DNA from: Desulfobacterales bacterium
GTDB taxonomy: Bacteria; Desulfobacterota; Desulfobacteria; Desulfobacterales; UBA2174
Assembly (NCBI GenBank): GCA_963668645.2
Contig: CAXXWC010000001.1
Span: forward strand, 64,001-128,000
Direction: 5' to 3'
DNA length: 64,000 nucleotides
Shown piece after piece: positions 19,536-28,846 of the stretch. Under the pieces are notes generated by a model, which was not told the DNA's origin, ran no database searches, and worked only from the letters and a program-made list of their open reading frames with translations. Positions within the stretch are counted from its first letter, which is position 1; each line of letters opens with the position of its first letter. Position numbers and translations under genes: made by a program.

Positions 19536-21298
19536 AAAAATCTTTTCTCGTCTGGGGGGTAGCCGCGGTCCTGGTACTGGCCGGCTGCACTTCGGGCCTC
19601 CAGGACCGCCTCAAGCCCCTCGATCCCGGGTTTGCCACCCGACCGCCAGCTCCGCAAACGACCCTGGCACCGATTCCGGACGACGGCCCGCCCCTGGTGC
19701 GGATCATCAAGGGCACGACTGTGGAAAGCATTGCCGAGGCCGAACGGCTGGTGGCCGAGAAGGCCGCGGCGACGACCCGTCCCAGGGGTTTGCAGACCCG
19801 CCTGCGCAGCCTGGTGCTGCGCGGCGTGCCGGTGCGCCGCATCGCCGAACTTCTTACCGAGACAGGCGGGATCAACGTGCTGGCCACCGACGCGGTGGCA
19901 TCGCGGCCCATCGATATCCTGCTGCGCAACATGCCTCTCCAGGATGCCGTGGACGCCATCTGCCGGCTCAACGATCTGTGGTACCGGCAGGGCGAGGGGA
20001 TCGTAACCCTCATGAGCCGCGAAGAGTACCTGCACGATCTCACTTTGCGCCGCAGCGAGCAGACCCGCGCCTTTAATGTGCGTTACACCAACGCCGCCGA
20101 CATGGCCAAGGTGATCAAGGCGGCCATGGGCGACCAGGTGCGACTGGCAGTGATCGAAGACGAGAAGATTTACGGGCATATCGACCCCGAGGAAGAAGCG
20201 GAGGTGGACTCCGCAACGACCAAAACCGGCCAGAGCCTGGCCGTTTCCGTAGCCGATGAGGCCGCGTCGGTGATTCCCCGCGCCGGTGCCGCTAAAAAGA
20301 CTGCGGCGAACGACGAGAAGCCGACCCTGGCGATCCTGACCGTCTTCAAGCGCAACAACTGCATCGTGGCCCGCTCCCTGGACGGGGCACTGCTCAACGA
20401 AATGGCGGGAATCGTTTCCGCCCTGGATACGCCCACCAGCCAGGTACTGCTCGAGGTGCGCATCCTGCAGCTCACCTTGGACGACGATTTCCAGAGCTTT
20501 TTCGAATTCGGCCACGACGAATCCGGCTCGAGCGGGGTTACCGGTTCCTACACCACAGGTCTGGGGTTGCTGGATGCGGGCAGTATCAGCTCCACGAGCC
20601 TCGACTTCGTTCTCGACGGCGCCAAGCTCGACGCGCGCATCGCCCTATACAAGAAGCTGGGACGTGCCGAGATCATCTCCACCCCCTTTCTTATGGCGGC
20701 TAACAACAGCAAGGTGGAATTCTTTGTAGGCACTGAAACGCCCCTGCGCGACGACGTGAGCACCCAGACTGTGGCCATCGGCGACACCGGTGAGACCATG
20801 ACCACCTTCGACGTGGACATCAAACGCGAGGAGCTGGGCACCGATGTGGAGATGACCACCTTCATCAACGAGGACGGCACAGTGACCCTGGAGATCGAGG
20901 CCGAGATCTCCACGGCCAGCCTCAACTTCTCCACGGTCCAGGTGGTCAACGAAATAACGGGCCAGGTTCTCGATTTTCCCATCGATGGGGTCGACAAGAG
21001 CGAAATCAAGTCGATCCTCTCGGCGCGTTCGGGCCAGTCCATCGCCATCGGCGGGATCATCCGCGAAACGGTGGACGACAGCGAGACCAAGGTACCGGTC
21101 CTGGGTGACCTGCCCCTGATAGGCGCCCTGTTCCGCAAAACGGGCGACACCAAGCAGAAGACCGAGACCGTCATCATCCTCACCCCCCATGTCATCGCCC
21201 ATCCGGCCCTGGCCGGGGATGTCTCGGACCGCTTCCTGGGCCGCAAAAGCTCCCACGGCCAGATCGTCGAGGGCAAGGAGAACATCATTGGCGACTGA
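19532..21298 (+). CDS. Lipoprotein secretin (PilQ/GspD/MshL family)
   Basis: Lipobox LAGC; LDTPTSQVLLEVRI; KVPVLGDLPLIGALFR; IILTPHVI. Confidence 0.92.
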   Translation: MKKSFLVWGVAAVLVLAGCTSGLQDRLKPLDPGFATRPPAPQTTLAPIPDDGPPLVRIIKGTTVESIAEAERLVAEKAAATTRPRGLQTRLRSLVLRGVPVRRIAELLTETGGINVLATDAVASRPIDILLRNMPLQDAVDAICRLNDLWYRQGEGIVTLMSREEYLHDLTLRRSEQTRAFNVRYTNAADMAKVIKAAMGDQVRLAVIEDEKIYGHIDPEEEAEVDSATTKTGQSLAVSVADEAASVIPRAGAAKKTAANDEKPTLAILTVFKRNNCIVARSLDGALLNEMAGIVSALDTPTSQVLLEVRILQLTLDDDFQSFFEFGHDESGSSGVTGSYTTGLGLLDAGSISSTSLDFVLDGAKLDARIALYKKLGRAEIISTPFLMAANNSKVEFFVGTETPLRDDVSTQTVAIGDTGETMTTFDVDIKREELGTDVEMTTFINEDGTVTLEIEAEISTASLNFSTVQVVNEITGQVLDFPIDGVDKSEIKSILSARSGQSIAIGGIIRETVDDSETKVPVLGDLPLIGALFRKTGDTKQKTETVIILTPHVIAHPALAGDVSDRFLGRKSSHGQIVEGKENIIGD

Positions 21299-22442
21299 AG
21301 CCGGCCACGCCTGCGACCGCCCGCTGCCGGGCGGAGCGCGACCCTCCAACATGACCGCGCTGTTTCGCGAGACCCTGCGACGCAAGGCCTCGGATCTGCA
21401 TCTGACCGCTGACATGCCGCCGGTGTTCCGGGTCAAAGGCGAACTGACCTTCATGAACTGCGACCCGTACCGCCCGGCCGAGATCGCCGGGCTGCTGGAC
21501 GAGATTCTCACCGCTCGGCACCGGGAGGTGCTCGATCGCAACAAGGCTGTGGATTTCGCCCTGAGCCTGACGGGTGTGGGGCGCTTTCGCATTGCGGCCT
21601 TTTTTCAGCGCGGGGCCCTGAGCGTGGCGGTGCGCCTGCTGGCCGACGGAATCCCGAGCTTCGCCGGCCTCGGCCTGCCGGAAACCATCGCCGAGCTGTC
21701 CCGGCTGCGTGACGGGCTGGTGCTAATCACCGGGGTGACCGGCTCGGGCAAGTCCACCACCCTGGCCACCATCGTGGACGACATCAACGCCCGCAGCCGG
21801 CGCAACATCATCACCATCGAGGACCCCATCGAGTACGTGCACCACAACAATCACTGCGTGATCCACCAGCGGGAACTGCACACCGACGTGCCCTCCTTTG
21901 CCGAGGCTCTGCGCGACGCGCTGCGGGCCGATCCGGACGTGATCCTGGTGGGCGAGATGCGCGACCTGGAAACCATGCGCACCGCCATCATGGCCGCCGA
22001 AACCGGGCATCTGGTTTTTTCCACCCTCCATTCGCGCGACTGTATCTCCACCGTCAACCGCCTGGTGGGGGCCTTTCCGGCCGGCGAACAAGCCCAGATC
22101 CGCCAGCAGCTCGCCGCCACCCTGCGGGCCGTGATGTCCCAGCGCCTGCTGCCCAACGCGGCCGGCACCGGCCGGGTGCCGGGCGTGGAGATCATGATCG
22201 GCACCCCGGGGATCGCCAACCTGATCCGCCAGGGCAAGGACGACATGATCTACTCGGCCATCGAAACCGGCGGACAATTCGGAATGCAGACCATGGAACA
22301 GTGCCTGGCGCGACTTATCAGCGAGGGCAAGATCGGCATGGACGCCGGGCTGGCCGCGGCCCGCAACGAAAACCTGCTGCGTCAACGCATGGCCGGGCGG
22401 CGCGGCGGCCTGCCGCAGCCGCTGCGGACCGAAAGGCGCTAG
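21288..22442 (+). CDS. pilT: PilT/PilU retraction ATPase
   Basis: ASDLHL, GVTGSGKSTT, TIEDPIE, GHLVFSTLH, GIANLIRQ (AIRNLIRE-like), GMQTM; TTG start after AAGGAG. Confidence 0.88.
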   Translation: MATEAGHACDRPLPGGARPSNMTALFRETLRRKASDLHLTADMPPVFRVKGELTFMNCDPYRPAEIAGLLDEILTARHREVLDRNKAVDFALSLTGVGRFRIAAFFQRGALSVAVRLLADGIPSFAGLGLPETIAELSRLRDGLVLITGVTGSGKSTTLATIVDDINARSRRNIITIEDPIEYVHHNNHCVIHQRELHTDVPSFAEALRDALRADPDVILVGEMRDLETMRTAIMAAETGHLVFSTLHSRDCISTVNRLVGAFPAGEQAQIRQQLAATLRAVMSQRLLPNAAGTGRVPGVEIMIGTPGIANLIRQGKDDMIYSAIETGGQFGMQTMEQCLARLISEGKIGMDAGLAAARNENLLRQRMAGRRGGLPQPLRTERR

Positions 22443-22449
22443 ACGACCC

Positions 22450-24096
22450 GTGGCACGCATGGAACGCTTCGGAGAATTCCTGGTGGACAAGGGAGCCATC
22501 ACCCGCGAGACCCTCACCCGCCTGCTGGCCAACCAGCGCATGGTGCGCGAACGGATCGGCACCCTGGCGGTGCGTGAAGGGCTTCTGGACGAGGACCAGC
22601 TCACAGCTCATCTATCCGATTTTTTTGGCATTCCCCTGTTCACTGATGCGGTGGAGCAAATCGAGAGAGGGATCATTGCCGCCATCCCGTCCAAGATTGC
22701 CCTGAAGGTCAATGTTCTGCCGGTGGGCAGCGGGCCGGCCGGCGAACTGCTCCTGGCCTGCACCGGTCCCCTGCCCCGATCGATGATGCAGACCATTTCC
22801 CGTCTGGCCAAGCGCCAGGTGCGCCTGGTGCTCACCTCACCGCGCAAGCTGCGGCGGATGCAGCACCTCTTTCTGAGCCGCCAGTTCGACACCACGATCC
22901 ACCTCGATCGGCGCATCGAGGTGGAGGAAACCGGTTTCATCGTGGAACTGTTCGAAAAGCTCATGGTACGCGCCATCAACCAAGGGGCTTCGGATATTCA
23001 CCTGGAGCCGGAAGAAGACGCCCTGATCGTGCGGCTGCGGGTTGACGGGATGCTGCGCCAGACCGAACGGCTGCCCGCCGATCTTGGCCCCAAGCTGGTC
23101 TCACGGGTCAAGGTGGTCAGCGGCATGGATATCGCCGAACGGCGCAAACCCCAGGACGGCGCCTTCCGCTTCGCCCCCCAGGTGCTGGATATCGACATCG
23201 AGGGGGTCAACGTGCGGGTCAACACCCTGCCGACGGTCCACGGCGAAAAGGCGGTGCTCAGACTCCTGCCGCCCCACGACGAGGCCATCTCCCTGAACGG
23301 CCTCGGCATGGCCCCGGCCGCACTCGAGGTTTTCACCACCCACCTGAAGCTTCCCTACGGGATTGTACTGGTCACCGGGCCCACCGGTTCGGGGAAATCG
23401 ACCACCCTGTACGGCGCTTTGCAGATGCTGCGCAACGAGACGTGCAACATCACCACCATCGAGGACCCGGTGGAGCTGACGGTCAGCGGGGTCAACCAGA
23501 CCCAGGTGGACACCGGCGAAAAAATCTCCTTTGCCGCGGCCCTGCGGGCCATCCTGCGCCAGGACCCGGACATCATCATGGTGGGCGAGATCCGCGACGG
23601 CGAGACCCTCTCCATCGCCCTGCGGGCTGCCATCACCGGCCATCTGGTGCTCTCCACCCTGCACACCAACGACGCTTCGGCCGCCTTTTCGCGCATGACC
23701 GACATGGGCGCCGAACCGTACCTGGTGGCCGCTGCGGTGCGCGCCGTGCTGGCCCAGCGTCTGGTACGCGTAGTATGCGCCGAGTGCGGCCGGTGGCAGC
23801 CGATCACGGCGGCCGAGATGCATATGCTGGGCATCGGCCCCGGGTCTTTCGACGTACGGCGCGGCGCCGGCTGCGAGCACTGCCACCTGGGCTACCGGGG
23901 CCGCCGGGGAATTTTCGAGTTTCTGCCGGTGGACGACGCCCTGCGCCAGCTCGTGATGCAGCGCGCCTCCCTGGACGAACTGCGGCGTTTTGCCCTGGCC
24001 CGCGAGGGATTCGTCTCCCTGCGCGCCGACGGCCTTTCCAAGGTGCGCGAGGGGATCACGACCCCCGAGGAGATCATGCGTGTGACCCTCGATTAG
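22450..24096 (+). CDS. PilB/GspE/MshE extension ATPase with N-terminal MshEN-like motif
   Basis: GASDIH, DIAERRKPQDG, GPTGSGKSTT, CAEC...CEHC zinc motif; N-terminus RFGEFLVDKGAITRETLTRLLANQ. Confidence 0.92.
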   Translation: MARMERFGEFLVDKGAITRETLTRLLANQRMVRERIGTLAVREGLLDEDQLTAHLSDFFGIPLFTDAVEQIERGIIAAIPSKIALKVNVLPVGSGPAGELLLACTGPLPRSMMQTISRLAKRQVRLVLTSPRKLRRMQHLFLSRQFDTTIHLDRRIEVEETGFIVELFEKLMVRAINQGASDIHLEPEEDALIVRLRVDGMLRQTERLPADLGPKLVSRVKVVSGMDIAERRKPQDGAFRFAPQVLDIDIEGVNVRVNTLPTVHGEKAVLRLLPPHDEAISLNGLGMAPAALEVFTTHLKLPYGIVLVTGPTGSGKSTTLYGALQMLRNETCNITTIEDPVELTVSGVNQTQVDTGEKISFAAALRAILRQDPDIIMVGEIRDGETLSIALRAAITGHLVLSTLHTNDASAAFSRMTDMGAEPYLVAAAVRAVLAQRLVRVVCAECGRWQPITAAEMHMLGIGPGSFDVRRGAGCEHCHLGYRGRRGIFEFLPVDDALRQLVMQRASLDELRRFALAREGFVSLRADGLSKVREGITTPEEIMRVTLD

Positions 24097-24193
24097 GCGG
24101 GGCCAATGGGTCAATCATCCGTCCCTTTGGTCCCTTATGTCCTTTTAGTCTCTTATGTCATTTTCAGCTTAACGAGGAACCGCTCACCAACCC

Positions 24194-25306
24194 ATGCCGA
24201 CTTCTAGCTACACTGCGGTCAACAGCGCCGGCCGCCGGATCAAGGACCGCCGCGATGAAAGCCGGACCTTAACCTGGCGCTCGGTCTCCAATCGCGACCG
24301 GATTCTGTTCTTTCGCATGTTCGCGGCCCTCGTGGCCTCGCGCATCCCCATCTCCGAGGCCATCGGAATTCTTTGGACTCAGGCCCAAAGCCGGCGCTTC
24401 AAAAAGGTGCTCTTCGATGTCAAACGCCGCATCGAGGGAGGCATGCCGCTGAGCCAGGCCATGGCGGCCCACCCGCGGATTTTCGGGGAACTGTTGACCA
24501 GCATGGTGGCGGCCGGCGAGTTGGGCGGGATCCTGGACACCGTGCTGGAGCGGATCTGCGACTACCTCGAACGGTGGGCCGCCCTGCGTGCACGATTGAT
24601 CACCAGCATGATCTACCCCACCGTCGTGGTGGTGGCTGCCACGGCGGTGGTGATCTTTCTGGTCACCTTCGTGATTCCCAAGTTCGCCATGATCCTCGGG
24701 GGGCGCAAGCTGCCGGCCAGCACCCAGTTTCTGCTGGACGCCTCCGGTTTTATCACCGGCAACGCCCTGTCTCTGAGCGTCGGGGCCATAGGAACCGTGG
24801 CGGCGCTGATCATGCTGATGATGATCCCCGAGACCCGGGTGGTAATCGACCGCTACAAGATTCACGTACCGCTGGTGGGATCGGTTTTCCGCTTCGGAGT
24901 GGTGGTTCAGTTTGCCACCACCATGGCATCCCTGCTGGAAAGCGGCATCACCCTGGTGGACGCCCTGCAGGCTACGGCCCAAACGGTGACCAACCTCTCG
25001 GTGCGCAGGCAGGTAGAGCGGGTCAACGACCGGGTGCTGGCCGGCGAACCCTTGTCCTCGGCCTTGTCGGGCGACCGCTTCTTTCCCCCCATGGTCATGG
25101 CCATGGTCCAGGTGGGCGAGCACTCGGGGTTGATGGACCAGGCCTGGGCCACGGTGGGCCGCATCCACGAAAAACTGCTGGAAGACAAAATCTCCCGCCT
25201 GAGCGCCATGGTCGAACCGGCCCTGATCATCGTGCTGGGCGGCATCGTCGGCTACGTGGCCTGGGGACTGATCGCGGGGATGCTGGCGATGTATGCCAGC
25301 CATTAG
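24194..25306 (+). CDS. PilC/GspF inner-membrane platform protein
   Basis: AGELGGILD, MIYP, FVIPKF, VGEHSG, MVEP. Confidence 0.9.
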   Translation: MPTSSYTAVNSAGRRIKDRRDESRTLTWRSVSNRDRILFFRMFAALVASRIPISEAIGILWTQAQSRRFKKVLFDVKRRIEGGMPLSQAMAAHPRIFGELLTSMVAAGELGGILDTVLERICDYLERWAALRARLITSMIYPTVVVVAATAVVIFLVTFVIPKFAMILGGRKLPASTQFLLDASGFITGNALSLSVGAIGTVAALIMLMMIPETRVVIDRYKIHVPLVGSVFRFGVVVQFATTMASLLESGITLVDALQATAQTVTNLSVRRQVERVNDRVLAGEPLSSALSGDRFFPPMVMAMVQVGEHSGLMDQAWATVGRIHEKLLEDKISRLSAMVEPALIIVLGGIVGYVAWGLIAGMLAMYASH

Positions 25307-25413
25307 GCGGGAAAAAGCGGGGCAGGGTTTGAACGGCCCCGGCTGAACACTGCGCCGACGGCGTCCTAAGCCATGGTGAGCCCTTCAACCTCAGAATCAT
25401 TATGGGAGATGAA

Positions 25414-26046
25414 ATGAAAATGTCGAAAAGATGGATGTGGGCGCCCCTACTGGCGTGCCTGGTGCTGCCGGCGGTTCCGGCCGGCTGTGACCGGGACAGG
25501 AACGCCGACAACGTGGTAGCCCGCTTCGAAGGCGGCCTGCTGACCATGGAGGACCTGGCGTTCCACCGGCGCAAGATGGGATTGGAGTCGCGCTTTCGCC
25601 AACAACCCGGCATGCTCGAGCCGCGCAACGTTTTCGATCACGCCGTGAACATGGAACTGGTCATCGCCAAGGGACTGAAGGAAAAGCTCCACCTCGACCC
25701 GCGCATCCGGGGGGAGATCCACGCCTTCATGGCCGATCTCTTTCTCAAGACGTTGCAGGACCGCCTGGTGCCGAAAATCGACAAGCAGTCCTTCACCGAG
25801 GAGGAAGTCCGGACCTACTTCGACGCCCACCCTGAGGTCTACCGCGGCCAGGATTTCGAGGCCCGAAAGGCCTATGTGCGCAACGACCTGCTCTACGCGC
25901 GCTACCGCGACGCCTGGCAAACGGTTTACGACAGGCTTAAAGCCGAATTCGAACTAAAAGTGGAAGAAGAGAAGCTGGCGCGCTTTCTCGAGGCCGCGCC
26001 GGCTCCGACCGACACCAACCCTCGCCAGACCAAGGAGGCCGGATGA
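25414..26046 (+). CDS. SurA/PrsA N-domain-like lipoprotein without an evident rotamase domain
   Basis: PAGC lipobox-like; VVARFEGGLLT and FTEEEVRTYFDAHPEVY joined directly to the C-terminal helices. Confidence 0.6.
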   Translation: MKMSKRWMWAPLLACLVLPAVPAGCDRDRNADNVVARFEGGLLTMEDLAFHRRKMGLESRFRQQPGMLEPRNVFDHAVNMELVIAKGLKEKLHLDPRIRGEIHAFMADLFLKTLQDRLVPKIDKQSFTEEEVRTYFDAHPEVYRGQDFEARKAYVRNDLLYARYRDAWQTVYDRLKAEFELKVEEEKLARFLEAAPAPTDTNPRQTKEAG

Positions 26047-26564
26047 AATTTCGCCGTTGGACAATCGCCATGGTAGCCTGTCTCATGGCCCTCATGCTGG
26101 CTGCCCCGGCCTGGGCCCACAGCACCAAGGGGCGGGTCCGAGTCCCGCTGCAAAAGGCCGTGCTCGAAATCGACGATGTGGCTTATTTCTTCGAGTCTTA
26201 CGTTCACCAGGAGTTCTACCGGGATCGCATCGAACCGAGCAGGCGCCGTTTTTATGTCAAGAAATTTCTTCGCATCGACCAGGACGGGCCGATCGCCACG
26301 GTGCACTTTCTGACCCTTGACGTAAAAGAAAAGCGCGACTTTCCCGACCGGATGGAAATCCGCCGCGGCAATGACGACGTGTGGAGCTACACGCCGCCGG
26401 CCGCCGGGGCACCGGTCCCGCTGTACACCTACGTGACAAAGTGGGGCTATTACTATCACAAGGTCGTCTTGCCCGTTTCGATTGCCGGCATCCTGCTGGC
26501 GGCGGCCCTTTTCGGGTGGCTGCGCTTCGTCCGGCGCCGGCCGCGGCCGGCCGGCGAAGGTTGA
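26043..26564 (+). CDS. Exported hypothetical protein with C-terminal TM anchor
   Basis: Signal peptide (AWA|HS); hydrophobic C-terminus followed by RRRPR; ATGA overlap. Confidence 0.7.
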   Translation: MKFRRWTIAMVACLMALMLAAPAWAHSTKGRVRVPLQKAVLEIDDVAYFFESYVHQEFYRDRIEPSRRRFYVKKFLRIDQDGPIATVHFLTLDVKEKRDFPDRMEIRRGNDDVWSYTPPAAGAPVPLYTYVTKWGYYYHKVVLPVSIAGILLAAALFGWLRFVRRRPRPAGEG

Positions 26565-26596
26565 AGAATGGGGGGCGCCATCGGGATGTTTCTGTG

Positions 26597-28738
26597 ATGA
26601 TTCCACCTTCCTTGCATCACGGACCGGATCACACAAGGACCGCCGCCAGGCCGTCAGAATATCTCAACCGGATCGGCAGCGGCCCGCTGCTGGCCTTGCT
26701 CTTCGTGGTGCTGTCGGCCATCTATGCCAACAGCTTCCACGGGGCGTTCATTTTCGACGACTGGTTCAATATCGTCGAAAATCCGGGCGTACACCTGGAA
26801 AGCCTGGACCGCAAAAGCCTGGCCGGGGCCATGCACGGGCTTCGGGGCCGGATCGAGCGCCCCCTGGCTTACCTGTCCTTCGGCCTCAACCACTACGTTC
26901 ACGGCCTGGACGTGTTTGGCTACCACGTGGTCAATTTCCTGATCCACGTCCTGACCGCCCTGGCCATGTACCTGTTCATCCTGCGCATCCTGCGCCTGCC
27001 CCTGGCGGGCGGGGGCTGCGCGGACCGGGACAGGACCGCAGCCTTCCTGGCCGTGCTGCTCTGGTCCACCAGCCCGATCCAGGTCACGGCCGTGACCTAC
27101 ATTGTCCAGCGCATGGCCTCCATGGCGGCCCTGTTCTTCATCCTGGCCATGCTCTGCTGGCTCCTGGCTCGAACCGCAGCGCGCCCGTGCCGCAAGGCCG
27201 GCTGGTTGGCGCTGTGCCTGCTCTCCGGGCTGCTTTCCCTGGCCAGCAAGGAGAACGCGGCCATGCTTCCGCCGGCCCTGTACCTCTTCGACCTGCTGCT
27301 GGTTCAGGGCCTGACAAGAAATAATTTATGGCGCCATCTCCGGCTGGCGGCAGCCCCCCTGGCCCTGCTGGCCGGGGCCGCCTTCCTGCTGGCCGACCCC
27401 GTCCAGATCCTGAGCGGCGGCGGCTACGGGGAGCGTGACTTCACCATGTGGCAGCGGCTGCTCACCCAGCCGAGGGTTTTGCTCCTCTACCTGTCCCAGA
27501 TGCTCTACCCCATCCCGGAACGGTTCGCCCTGATCCACGAAATCGAGTTGTCCACCTCCCTGCTCCATCCGTGGACCACCCTGCCGGCCGTCGGGTTCTG
27601 GCTCGGCTGGTTGGGACTGGGGCTGTACCTGGCCGGCCGGCGGCCTCTGATCGCCTTCAGCCTGCTCTTCTTTCTGGTCAACCATGTGGTGGAAAGCTCC
27701 ATCCTGCCCCTGGAGCTGGTCTTCGAGCACCGCAACTACCTGCCCTCCATGCCCCTATACCTGCTGGCGGCCCTGGGCATCGTAGCCCTGGTCCGGGATT
27801 GCGGATTCAAACCGCTGGTCCGGTACGCGCTGGTCCTGGCCGTGGTGGTGACGGTTGCGGTCCAGGGCCACGCCGTGATCCGGCGCAACGCCCTGTTTGC
27901 CGATCCTCTCCGGCTCTGGGCCGACAACATGCTCAAAGCGCCGGGCACGAGCCGGGTGCACGTCAACCTGGGCAACGAGCTGTATGCCAGGGGAATGATC
28001 GATAAGGCCGCGCAGGCCTATGCAACAGCCCTGGAAGTCAACCGGTATCATCGCCGGAGTCTTCTGGCCGTGCCCTTGAACAATCTGGGAACTCACCATC
28101 TGCTCCTGGGCGACGTGGAACAGGCCCGCGCTTACTACGAACAGGCCATCGAGGCCGACAGGGGGCTGATCAAGGCCAGGATCGGCATGGTCGCGGTCCT
28201 TTTGGCCCGCAAAGAGCTGGACGCAGCACGGAACTTTCTGGAGCAGTCCCTGGAGTTCGCGCCGCACGACCTGAGCCTGCTCACGCTTCGCAGCCTGATC
28301 CGGCTAAAAAAAGGCGACCTGCCTGGTGCCATCTGCGCCGCGCGGGTCGTCTTGCGCAAACACCCGATCCCGTCCCCGGTCTACAAGGTCCTGGGCGAGA
28401 CCTGCCGGCGGCTGGGCGACTACACCCAGGCTCGCCGCTACTGGGTAAAGTACGCCAATGCCTTCCCCGAGGACCTGGAGCCCGGTTTGGCCCTGGTGCA
28501 AATGGCGGATCGGCTGAACAACCGCGAGCTGCTGGGCCGCGCCGCCCGCCGCCTGGCAGGGGCCAAGGGCGAACGGAGCTGGCAGGAGGTCTTTGAACTG
28601 CTGGACCGGCTGTACCGGCTCAACGACCTTGTGATCCCCGGCGATCCCCGGGACATGGTGCCGCTGATCAGCAAGGGGATCGGGGGACAAGGGATAAAGG
28701 CGGATCTGAACGAAGACTCGACCCACGACGCGACATGA
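26597..28738 (+). CDS. TMTC-like GT-C protein O-glycosyltransferase with C-terminal TPRs
   Basis: FIFDD, RPL, YHVVNFLIH, AVTYIVQR, SKENA and EHRNYLP motifs; multiple TM segments then TPRs. Confidence 0.82.
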   Translation: MIPPSLHHGPDHTRTAARPSEYLNRIGSGPLLALLFVVLSAIYANSFHGAFIFDDWFNIVENPGVHLESLDRKSLAGAMHGLRGRIERPLAYLSFGLNHYVHGLDVFGYHVVNFLIHVLTALAMYLFILRILRLPLAGGGCADRDRTAAFLAVLLWSTSPIQVTAVTYIVQRMASMAALFFILAMLCWLLARTAARPCRKAGWLALCLLSGLLSLASKENAAMLPPALYLFDLLLVQGLTRNNLWRHLRLAAAPLALLAGAAFLLADPVQILSGGGYGERDFTMWQRLLTQPRVLLLYLSQMLYPIPERFALIHEIELSTSLLHPWTTLPAVGFWLGWLGLGLYLAGRRPLIAFSLLFFLVNHVVESSILPLELVFEHRNYLPSMPLYLLAALGIVALVRDCGFKPLVRYALVLAVVVTVAVQGHAVIRRNALFADPLRLWADNMLKAPGTSRVHVNLGNELYARGMIDKAAQAYATALEVNRYHRRSLLAVPLNNLGTHHLLLGDVEQARAYYEQAIEADRGLIKARIGMVAVLLARKELDAARNFLEQSLEFAPHDLSLLTLRSLIRLKKGDLPGAICAARVVLRKHPIPSPVYKVLGETCRRLGDYTQARRYWVKYANAFPEDLEPGLALVQMADRLNNRELLGRAARRLAGAKGERSWQEVFELLDRLYRLNDLVIPGDPRDMVPLISKGIGGQGIKADLNEDSTHDAT

Positions 28739-28846
28739 GGGCCGGATGAACTTTCGGCCCGCAATTTCTTGCAATACACAACCGTTTGACCTCGCTTAGG
28801 CTTCCTGGCATGGTGTCAGGCGACACCGCAGCGGGATCAAACAGCC

